A stretch of DNA of 64,000 nucleotides from assembly GCA_950097015.1 (NCBI GenBank), contig CATNEN010000038.1:29946001-30010000 (forward strand). The letters run 5' to 3'. The first letter of the stretch is position 1. Every line of letters begins with the position of its first letter. This DNA comes from Macrostomum hystrix (taxonomy: Eukaryota; Animalia; Platyhelminthes). A model generated the notes under the pieces. The model ran no database searches. It had not been told where the DNA came from and saw only the letters and a list, made by a program, of their open reading frames with translations. The position numbers and the translations under genes were made by a program. This document shows, piece by piece, positions 1 through 10,100 of this stretch.

Positions 1-1210
1 CGGATGATCATTGATGTTGGCATCGGACATTCTCAGGCTTTACCATCCTTGGCTTATCGGCGAGCTCATTGCCGAGGATGTTGCTCTGACCTGGCGTCTA
101 GATCGAGTTAACAGTAGGACTACCAAGCAATTTTGCCGACCATACCCCGGAAAAAGTTTTTGGCAGCGCTGGAATGCTAACAGCGTTGGGTGGTGACTGA
201 TTGCTTTACAGACTAGGCGATGGTGTCCTGTGGTTGAGCTGCGACTAATATTTAGGCTTGATCAGTGAAATTCGAGAAATTCGCGTCAAGGTGTCTATAG
301 TCACCTAGATCTACCTGTTGTAAGCCCTTGAAGGTTTAGAAGTCCGTCTAGATAAAGGTAGGTGACCACCCAAGACGGAGATGATGCAGGCACATTCTGG
401 TGACATGCTGAAAATTTTGAATGCCAGGCAAGGCCGCACTGAGGCGCAGTGCAAATTTGTGTTCAGGGGTGCTAAAATACACTAGCGCCTATCGGAAAAT
501 TCGTCCTTCGACCAGGATACGTTGAATAACGTATGATCAACGTTGAATAATATCTCGACGGTCTGAAAAACTGGCTACTTAATTCATGTTTTCATGGGGA
601 ATTTCTCCTTTTGGTAGTTCTAGTGTTAAGGACAGCAATGCCTTGCATGCTTTCAGATGCCGCAATCTGACATCGCAGTCAGATCCTTAATGGCTGCTTG
701 ACTGTTAGGATACATATTGATCTGCTGTTTGCAGGTATTCGCCTCATTGGAATGCATAGCGCACTCGTTAATTGTGCAGACTTTTCGACAATCAAACCCT
801 CGGGTCAAAATCTATTGAAAATAAAAAGGTAATTAAATGATTCTAAAAAGGGAAATTTTAAAAACGTACTCGTATCTTGCCTAATTGCAGAAAGGTACTT
901 TTCGGCCATAATTCCCATTTCTTGCACAGTAAAATTTATCTATCTTCCCACTAGCTTGCAATCTTCAGCTCCCGTGCATTCTTCGTAGTAACTTGAGCCC
1001 AACAAAACCAATTTCCTGTGCCAACCAGAAATAAATTTTCCATATGTAGAGTGTTTCTCGGGTAATGTATAGTGTTTTTCCGTCCTATGAGAGGACGATA
1101 AAAATATTGTTGACAAACGTCAGCGCGAGAGTTTTAGAGGCACTCACGCGATCAGCCGCTCGCTTGCTCATCAGCCCCCCCATCTCAATACTCACTCACA
1201 GAATTCCCGG
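1..1210 (-). mobile_element. Inverted copy of the 25096-26282 repeat (contains decayed non-LTR retrotransposon RNase H region); runs off window start
   Basis: Reverse complement matches 25096-26282 almost base for base (e.g. 1-60 vs 26223-26282; shared end CCGGGAATTCTGTGAG). This copy has an extra ~23 bp near 515-545. Confidence 0.85.
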
Positions 1211-1790
1211 CCTTGTACACGTCTGGAGGAAAATTTGCTTTGCACTCAGCTGCTACATTCTATGAATTCTCCACCCGCCAGCGTGTATACCCGAAGCGCA
1301 CAATGTGACGGTTTGGGAGAACTGACTTTACATATCCCAACTGCCTGTCTCGAGGCCCACACTGAGTGGTTCTGCCCCCCCCAAGTCCCTCCCATCCCGT
1401 CCTACCCCAACCAACCCCATTTTTCTCCTCTTTCCAATCTCATCAGAAAAACAGCTCCCACGATTCGCCTGCGAGAAAATGTGCCGCATCCTTGCCTATA
1501 GCCGGCCTAACACTGTCGCCACCTATGGAACCGGCCGTGTTCCGGCCACTCTTCTTCTTAATTTCTGCCCCGACCCGCCAAACCCTTCACGTCCCACGCC
1601 TTCCTGAACCCCTCCGCCCACTCGCGCACTCTCATTCGCCCACGGCTGCCATTCCCATTAAGTGGACGATGCTCCACTCCCATATAAGACCCTGAATTAT
1701 CCACCTACGAGCCTTCACAGTCAAGCTAAGCGTAGTGTACCTTCGTTTCTCCCCACTCCCAGAGACTGCCGTCGGATCAGCAGCCGCGGC

Positions 1791-2735
1791 ATGCTGACAC
1801 TCTTGATCCTGCCAGTACTGCTGTCTGTGGCCGCCGCCCGCAACTTGGGGGTTCGCGTATCACCAACTCGACTGTCCGAATTGTCTGTGCCTCTGGCTGT
1901 CCCCAGACAGGTGGGTACACAGGGTCACAGTCGTGTTCGCGACCACTTGATTGAATTTATCTCGCGCCAGCCAGGATGGCAAGTCGAATTGGACACATTC
2001 TATTCTGCGACGCCAATCGGCAGACAGCGATTCGATAACATCATTGCGACTCTGCAGCTGGGCGACAGGACAACAAAAAATGGACGCCAACCACGCCGAC
2101 TAGTGCTGGCTGCGCACTATGATTCAAAGCGGCTGCCAAGGTTTGTCGGAGCCACTGACTCTGCAGTACCGTGCGCCGTGCTACTCAGCGCTGCCGAAGC
2201 CATTGGAAGAGCGGCGCTTAACGAAGGACGTCAGCGTCAAGTCGACGACTCTGACGCGGAGATTCTCCAACTGGTATTCTTCGACGGTGAGGAAGCATTC
2301 GACCAGTGGACCAGAAACGATTCGCTCTATGGGTCGCGACACTTGGCGCGCAGGTGGGCCGAAGACGGAACACTGCAGGAAATTAAAGCGTTCGTCTTGC
2401 TTGACCTTATCGGCGGCATAGATCCAAAATTCTACTTAAGTCCGCATGCCAGCCTCACGGAGATGGACCTGTTTGCTGGGTTGGCAGTCACCGAGGCGAC
2501 GATTCTGACCGATTCCAACTACTTCCGGATGCTGGAGCTCGGATCCGGCGCCGTGCAGGACGACCAGACACCCTTCCAGGAGGCCGGTGTTCCAACTGTG
2601 CACATCATTCCGCAGCCGTTCCCAGCAGTGTGGCACACATCCGACGACACATTAGAGGCTGTACAGTGGCGTCAGGCTGCTGATGTGGCAACAATTGTAC
2701 TCACCTGGACGGCATACTTTATTGGACTGAACTAA
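1791..2735 (+). CDS. QPCT: Glutaminyl-peptide cyclotransferase (M28 family), secreted type, intronless
   Basis: First ATG at 1791 gives signal peptide MLTLLILPVLLSVAAA. Motifs AAHYDSK, GATDSAVPC, FFDGEEA, DSLYGSRHLA, LLDLIG, QDD.TPF, FPAVWHT.DD. Confidence 0.93.
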   Translation: MLTLLILPVLLSVAAARNLGVRVSPTRLSELSVPLAVPRQVGTQGHSRVRDHLIEFISRQPGWQVELDTFYSATPIGRQRFDNIIATLQLGDRTTKNGRQPRRLVLAAHYDSKRLPRFVGATDSAVPCAVLLSAAEAIGRAALNEGRQRQVDDSDAEILQLVFFDGEEAFDQWTRNDSLYGSRHLARRWAEDGTLQEIKAFVLLDLIGGIDPKFYLSPHASLTEMDLFAGLAVTEATILTDSNYFRMLELGSGAVQDDQTPFQEAGVPTVHIIPQPFPAVWHTSDDTLEAVQWRQAADVATIVLTWTAYFIGLN

Positions 2736-4105
2736 ACACTGCAGCAGATGTTCTGGACTTAAGAGAAACTGGGAACATTTAATGATTTTTAGTAAAGACC
2801 CTGACCTAAACGACTCTCTTTCGACAAGAAGAAAGAGAGTTTCAGAAAGAAATGAACGAGAATTTTCTGCTTGCTTGCCAATTTAAAGTTTTTTAGTATT
2901 CAATCAATCCTAGCAATCCCAAGCTGTTTGGTGATTTCAATGCAATTGTGTTTAGTCTTTTTGTTTGTCGACTATCAATGCTTTGTGAGCGCTTCGAAGA
3001 TTAGCGTTACCTTTTTCTCTCGCATCCTGACTATAAGACTAAAAGCTGGATAACAAATTTCAAATAAATCCGAGGCATTATTCATTTCTTTTCTTCCGAG
3101 TCCTTTGTTCGTTTCTGAAAATAGGTGTTCTGTCAAAGTACAGAGCCTAGTGACCACACCAAGGATGTGAACTTCCTTAAAATCAACTTAGGAAGAGATT
3201 AGGCTCTGGAGATCAAATGCTTAAATACTTAAGTACCAAAGTCTGTTGAGGATATTTTATATAATCGCGTTCTGCAGCTGTTCCAAAGAAATTTCAGATT
3301 CACGTCCACCCAGCCAGAGTGATTTTTTACTCTAATGACTATTTACGGGATGGAAATTGTTCTAAAAATGGCGTGACAGCTAACTTCTGTGACTGAGCTA
3401 CAGTCTCTGAGCTCAGAAGGTAGCAATGAGTGAGCTATCTTGGACGAACATTGGCATGCCCTCTTAGCCTGTCATTTTGTCGTGGGACGTCATTAGGCAC
3501 GCAAATTGCGTGAGTTATTTCTTAGAATAGTGGACTTAAGAGTTCGCTTGCTATTTGGCTTGATTTTGCCAGGGAAGTGCGTGTCTTGTACTAAGTTTAT
3601 TGAACGGAGAACTAAAATGAAAGCATTGGGACTAAACGTACAACACAAAAAGTAAATATTTTGTAGCACACTTATAACACTGACAGTCACATCCCGGAAC
3701 CGCACGAACTGTAGCATAATAAATGATGCCTCAGAGGCTTCGGTTGTCAATTTATATTTTTCTTAAATTTGCCTTCGATTCCATCCCACCAGATTAACTG
3801 TGTGTTTCTCCCACTCGTTCACTCCCTCGATCCCTTCTCATTTTGCCGAGTTGAAAACAGCTCGGCACGCATAATTCGAAACACAGCATGTTGCGAGAGC
3901 TAATTTTGCAGAGAGGAAAGTCGATTTTTCCAGCCAGCTTTGGTAAATTGCTCCCCCCCACAGAGCTAGTGTTCTCTTCGCTGCCTTTCCACTCGGCTCT
4001 GTTTTCTTGCACTTTTCGCATTTAATCTTGCGAAGGTAAGTTAATAACGTAAACATGTTTTCTATTATGTGTGCACAGAAACACCTGATGCATGACTGAT
4101 ACGCG

Positions 4106-4175
4106 TAGATAGACAGATAGATAAATAGATAGATAGATAAATAGATAGATAGAGAAATAGATAGATAGATAGATA
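4106..4175. repeat. (TAGA)n microsatellite, imperfect
   Basis: Direct reading. Confidence 0.9.
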
Positions 4176-5237
4176 ACACAGAAAAAGTGCACCGGAAACG
4201 CATGGCGACGTCAATGAGCCGAAAAAAATGTTATCCAAACGGAAATTCCGGCCTGAGATCTCCCCAGCTGCTACTCAGCTGAAAAATTTGCGTAGGCGGT
4301 TCTGTTTGCTCCCGGGGCAGTGAGGGCGGAGTTGCCGGATAAGTTGCCAACACGAGCTTCCCGTCTCTCTCGCAAACATTATACAGTCTTTACGAGCCTT
4401 CTTTTTTCAGCAGCAACTCGCCCCTCCCTACCCCCATCATCTCCTATCAACTGTTGTGATGACTGCCGAAAAGTTCCAAATTTCTCTGCGCCTGTCCTAA
4501 TAAGAATGCTGCAGTAATTATTTTATGGGACTCTTCCCCCTGCCCCACGATAGCATTCTGAAGTCGTCGGTATTATAACAATGGCTTGTCGTAAAAAGCT
4601 CACTGCTTTGTTACTGGCGCGGTGCAGGTTATGTGATATTTTTGTGCTCTACCCATGATAGGCATGATAGTCTTCACTATATGGGCGCTCCAGAGCTGAT
4701 GGGCAAGGATAGCAGGCTCAATATAAACTGCGGCCTCTAATGGACTTAATAACTTCGTTATCTTCGTCACAAAGAAGCCTGATAAGGTATCCTGCTTCTA
4801 AAAAATAAATTTCCTTTTGCTGATGATGATACAATTGTCATCATCAGCGGGACTGAAGCAATGCAGATTATTCCGATCCATTAGTGTTGAGATTTGAACA
4901 GTGTTTTAACTCCAGAGATTAAATCAAACTACTTAATGGCACAAGTTGACGGCAAAGTATATTATAAAGATATCTATAACCAGAGAGCAGCTGCCCTGAT
5001 GATGTAATTACAATGCAAAAGCGAGAATTGTCTAATGATATGCTACGAGCTAATTTCTATCCTCTTGCCTTTAATATAATTTTCCTTGCGATTTTTTTCT
5101 TTACTATCTGATAAAAATAATTATCTGTTTATGCTATACAATTATTCATATGCAATTCAATGACACATGGCAAAATAAAGTTGCTCTTTTTAATCCCCTT
5201 ACTGCTACTGTTGTTATTGAATCACTTTGTTTCAATC

Positions 5238-5363
5238 TTCTAATCAATTACATATAGTTTCGTTAATAAATTTCGTTCTTTTCATGCTGAAAGATTAAAT
5301 ATAAAGCAGCACTTTTATTGAGTAAATATTCTCATTAATTCTTATTCAAAAAATTCAAATTAG
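5238..5363. repeat. AT-rich ~125-bp tandem repeat unit, left part of array interrupted by the LTR element
   Basis: Unit TCAATTACATATAGTTTCGTTAATAAATTTCGTT...GCACTTTTATTGAGTAA recurs about four more times at 14207-14650. Confidence 0.8.
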
Positions 5364-6157
5364 TGAGGCAGGCCCAAATTTATCGTATATTGCTAACTTG
5401 AATTACCGCCAAATGTTTTCCTCGATCTTTTTGTCTTTGTTTTACTATGCTTTGTCATCCACCTCAATTCTTAGTATAAATACAAGCGCATTTTAGCCCT
5501 CGAAAAACCCAACCGGTGCCCCGTGCCCAGTTCGGAGAGCAAAAAGGAGAATAAATCTCAAAGTGTTTTTCAATTATTTTAGAAAGGAGAAAAGCAGGTC
5601 CGTGTTAATACACAAGCCAGGAATATTCGAAAGAATAAAGAAAGGAATAGTCATAAAAAGCAGTGGAGTGTAAAACTAAAGAGCAGAAGGGTAAATCCCG
5701 ATTGGTGGAAAAGCACTGTGTGCAAAGTTGGGCAACTTCAGTCCATTGGAAGCCTTGAAAGACTGGGAACAAACCAGAGAGCCAGACAGTTGTGAGTAAG
5801 TAGAGGAGAGGAAGAAGTGTCTTGCCGCTCGGACACTCGTGAGAACGCTACCAAATTTTTGGAAGGAAAGCAGCCTATCTGGCCAAGTTAAACAATATAT
5901 GCATATGCAATAAGAGGATACATAGCTAGCCTATGAAGAATAACTAAGTCATAGACAAGGGAAATTAAGAGTTATTTCAAAGGGTAATCCAAGGTGTGAA
6001 ATAAGCAATTGTTAATATTTAATAAAAGAGTATCGGTGATATTTAAACCCAAAGAGGAGAGAGCCTACGACAACTTAGTGGCAGCTGTAAGATATTAGTA
6101 AGGAGCCCTACATCAATTTGGTGAAAGCAGTGGGATTTAAGAAGTAGGCCTACGACA
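5364..6157 (+). repeat. 5' LTR
   Basis: TGAGGCAGGCC...GGCCTACGACA with imperfect terminal inverted repeat; appears identical to 13413-14206; TATA-like TATAAATA near 5475 and AATAAA near 6021. Confidence 0.97.
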
Positions 6158-6160
6158 ACT

Positions 6161-6181
6161 TGGTGTCAGCGGTAAAGGATT
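6161..6181 (+). promoter_or_regulatory. Primer-binding site (tRNA-Leu-like) TGGTGTCAGCGGTAAAGGATT
   Basis: 3 nt after the LTR end; TGG-T-GTCAGCG-GT resembles the complement of metazoan tRNA-Leu 3' ends. Confidence 0.8.
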
Positions 6182-6227
6182 GGAATCCAGCTAAAGCACA
6201 CAGTCAGTCTGAAAGTTAGATAAAGGT

Positions 6228-7127
6228 ATGGCCGCAGGAATCAATGATGCTATTGGCTTGTTAGCAGAAGAATTAAGAAATAGACTGGAATTAGGACCCA
6301 TGAGACACGTAAAGATCCAAAAGTACACACCTAGCCAGGACATCAGAATTTGGCTCAAAGCATTTGATCAGAGATGCGACAATGAAGGATTAGAACAGGA
6401 TGAACATAGGAAGAATGAGCTATTAGCTAATCTAGACCTCGCGACTGCATTTGCAGCCGTTCAGCGTTTGAATCTGCCAGAAGACTTAACGTATGAGGAG
6501 TTGAAGGAAAGACTAATCGAAAGATTCGGAAGACTAGGAAGCTCAGCCGAGTTTAGGGAGGAATTTAGAGGTAGAATGCAAGGGAGGAATGAGCCCGTTG
6601 ACTCATTCGCAGATGCCTTGATTGAGTTGTCCGCGCAAGCATTCCCCAATATGAATGCAGAACAAAGGGAGGAGGAAGTAGTAGAGCAGTTCATTAAAGG
6701 AGCGAGAATCCCTTCCGACACTAGGGAAAAGTTAATATTTGCACAGCCAGCCAGCCTGCAAGAGGCTAGAAGGATGTTGAGACGCATCGAAGCAGCGTGG
6801 CATATGTCACACAAGAGTGGAGTTCGAGTTGTTAAAGACGAGCAATTCGACGAAGATCGGAATAAGAAGATGGAGGAGACCATCGAGAGGCAGAAGTATG
6901 AAATCAATAAGCAGAAGAAGCTGATTGAAGACCTGATTCAGGAAAGGAGAAAGGCTGAATGCCAGAGGGTAACACCTCAGCCGCTCATGCAGCCGAAGAC
7001 GTACCTGAAGCCGCAGCAACAGTCGAGGCCTCCGCCGACATGTTTTAACTGTAACAAAGTTGGGCATATTGCCAAGTACTGCAAGAGCTCACAGCAGCAG
7101 CAGCAGTACCGATATCAGGGAAACTGA
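6228..7127 (+). CDS. gag: Gag (capsid-like domain plus CCHC zinc knuckle)
   Basis: 299-aa ORF right after the PBS; Q..NE.V..F..L motif; CFNCNKVGHIAKYC knuckle. Confidence 0.95.
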   Translation: MAAGINDAIGLLAEELRNRLELGPMRHVKIQKYTPSQDIRIWLKAFDQRCDNEGLEQDEHRKNELLANLDLATAFAAVQRLNLPEDLTYEELKERLIERFGRLGSSAEFREEFRGRMQGRNEPVDSFADALIELSAQAFPNMNAEQREEEVVEQFIKGARIPSDTREKLIFAQPASLQEARRMLRRIEAAWHMSHKSGVRVVKDEQFDEDRNKKMEETIERQKYEINKQKKLIEDLIQERRKAECQRVTPQPLMQPKTYLKPQQQSRPPPTCFNCNKVGHIAKYCKSSQQQQQYRYQGN

Positions 7128-7170
7128 ATATCGAGGGACGAGAGTCGAGGCCGCGCCCCTCTAGTAAACC
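7118..7170 (+). promoter_or_regulatory. Predicted -1 ribosomal frameshift signal (G GGA AAC plus downstream stem)
   Basis: Heptamer at 7118-7124 directly before the gag stop; pol is in the -1 frame and open from here; GAGGG...CCCTC stem starts about 8 nt downstream. Confidence 0.85.
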
Positions 7171-10100
7171 CCGATTCGAACCTCAGGCCTCTAAGAATCG
7201 GCGATACCAAGCCCAGTCGTCGAATTTGCGTAATGCACAAAAGCAATCGAGTTACCCTGCGTCAGCACCATCTGCGTCAGCACCTATTGCGTCAGCACCA
7301 TCTGCGTCAGCACCATTTGCGTTAGCACCATCTGCGTTAGCACCATCTGCGTCAGCACCCATTGCGTCAGCACCATCTGCGTCAGCACCCATTGCGTTAG
7401 CCCCAGCGGCATCTGTATCAGCAACCATTGCGTCAGCCCCCTGCATGTCAATCCTGGAGGAACCAGCTTCCGAAGTATCAGCACCGAGATCAGCCGCCGC
7501 AACATCTGGAAATTACTCAAGGACACGTGAGAATAAACGCAAAGTATTTGTTTCTAATTCTAAACTAGAACTTATTAAACCTGAAGGATTTGAAGCTGTA
7601 ATTGTAGGAAAATTTAAGAATCAGGAAATTAATTTTATCCTAGACACAGGGGCTAGGAACAGCTTTTTGAGCAAATCTATTTGGTCAAAATTACTTAAGC
7701 CAGAACAGATAAGGAGTACAGACAAGCGGGTTTCTACTTTCGACGGAACCAGAGTACAATTGGAAGGCGAGAGTTGTATTCCAGTTAGATTCGGAGACAT
7801 CCAGATAGAAATAGAATTCCTTTTGTGTGGACATGAAAGCGATAATATCTTAGGAATGGAATTTTTCCTAGGACATTGTGATAGCATTCATCTTGCTAAA
7901 GGCATGTTGATTCTAAATGAAGGAGCAAGCATTCCTATGCAGTTCACTCATCTACCTGTAAAAGTATGCAGAGTGTATACTCAGGAGAAAGTAGTGATTC
8001 CTGCAAATAGTGCGTTGAGAATCCCAGTGAGATTGGCGAGAGATGCCGAGTGCAATTTTGGAACACCTATGACAGTGAGTATGATTGGCGAAGGCGTAAA
8101 AGCCAAAGAATTGACAGTCGAGATGGCTCCCACTCTAGTCACAATGCGAGAAGGTTCCGCCATTGTGGAGATTGTGAATAACAATCCAGTTGAGGTGAAG
8201 CTGTCGAAGTCAACATTGGTAGGCCTAGCCAAACCAGTGAAGGCAAGTGAGTTGAAATATTTCGAAGCCGAAAAGGAAATAGTCAGTCAACCTACCGGAC
8301 GAGTCAACCAGACACAAACTGTGGAAGATGCCTGGATTAATGAAGTTAATATTGGTCAAGATCTTACCGATGACCAGAGGAAATCAGTCATCGAATTGAT
8401 GAAGGAGCATCGCGAGGCTTTTTCACAGAATGAGTTGGATATGGGTTTAACCCATCTGATCACACATGAGATCTCACTGAAGGATGAGACTCCCGTGAGG
8501 ATCCCAACTAGGAGAATACCACCCCATCTCCAAAAGCAAGTCGACACACAGTTGGATGACATGTTGGCTAAAAATTTAATCAGGCCCAGTTATTCAACTT
8601 ATTCTACACCACTAGTCATTGTGCCGAAAAAGGACGGATCCATACGGATTGTAAGTGATTTCAGAGTGTTAAACTCGAAGGTGAACTATGTTCCGTATCC
8701 GCTTCCTAACATTCATCAGACTTTCACCTACTTATCTGGTAGTCAATATTTTAGTAGTCTCGATTTGAACTCTGGTTATTGGCAGGTGCCAATAAAGGAA
8801 GAACACAAGTTCATGACCGCCTTCTCTACTTTAACCCGAGGCCAGTTTGAGTATGAGGTTATGGCGCAAGGTTTGTCCAATGCCCCAGGAACCTTCCAGA
8901 GGCTCATGAATCTTGTACTTTTAGGGATTCAACATCAATTTGCTATGTCGTATATAGACGATATAGTTACCTATTCGAAGAACTTTAATGACCACCTTTC
9001 CCATCTAAAGGAAGTGTTCAAGAGATTAATAATCGCAGGATTGAAGCTAAGGCCAAAGAAATGTAACCTTTTTCATAGAGAGTTAAAGTACTTAGGACAT
9101 GTGATCAGTACAGAAGGTATCCGTACGGATGAGACGAAGATTGAAGCAATCAAGACCTGGCCGAAGCCAAAAGATGTGAAGGAGCTATGCAGTTTCCTTG
9201 GTCTATGTAATTACTATAGCCGCTTCATTAAAAATTATGCAGAAGCTGCCCATCCCCTTTTCCAGCTAACAAGGAAAGGAATTAAGAACTTTCAAGAGAG
9301 ATGGAGCAAAGAGCATGACGAAGCGTTTGAGTCGCTAAAGAACCGGATGATGTCCACTGAAGTCTTAGCGTATCCCGAATTTGTGGATGATGAGAAGGTG
9401 AAGATGGTATTGGATACCGATGCAAGTGATAGCCGTATTGGCGCTGTACTTAGCCAGATCCAATCAGATGGCATAGAGAGACCCATAGCTTATTTCAGCC
9501 GAGCTATGAAAGAGTCGGAAAAACGCTACCCTATCACTAGAAAAGAACTCTTAGCCCTAGTGGATGCCATGAGGCATTTCCGTTTCTACCTGTTAGGCAA
9601 GAAGTTTTTGGCAAGAACGGATCATAAGGCGATAATTTGGCTGTTAAGGCAAACAGAAGCTCAAGGAATTCTTGGTCGGTGGGTTGAGCGCCTAAACGAA
9701 TTCTTGTTCGATATAGAACACAGAAGCGGTGCAAAGAACCAGAACGCTGACAGTCTGTCAAGAAGACCAGCTGATGTCCCTGAAGCAGAGCAAGTTATTG
9801 AGCCGATAGTGCAAAGCTGCAGTGTAATGGAAGAGTCAGGACAGGAAGTTAAGGCTAATGATAGCTCATGTAGCTTGACACAGCCCCAGACTGCCCTAAG
9901 TGAAGGAGAGAAAAGGACGTTAGATCCCAATAGCAGGATCCAGTCTACTATCTCAGGACAAGGAGAGGTGAGAATTCCCAGTGAACTTGAACATGACTCC
10001 AGCATTCCGCTTCCGAGTCCAGTTCCTGAAGAATTTAATCCTATTGAGAGTGAGGATATGCTGCAAGCAACAAGTAGCAAGTGCGAGAAGTTATTGACCG

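Noticed and set aside
1662-1790. N-terminal extension of QPCT (and 15731-15778 of the lectin) in the ORF track
   Set aside because: These start at non-ATG codons; the downstream ATGs directly precede signal peptides.
4819-4848. Hairpin GCTGATGATGA-tacaattg-TCATCATCAGC
   Set aside because: Isolated, low-complexity arms, no supporting context; terminator logic does not apply to this eukaryotic DNA.
5341-5352. CTTATTCAAAAA upstream of both LTRs (also 13381-13392), suggesting longer LTRs or homology-guided insertion
   Set aside because: Spacing to the LTR differs, the intervening sequence is unrelated, and TG, PPT and TSD fix the boundaries; plausibly chance in AT-rich DNA.
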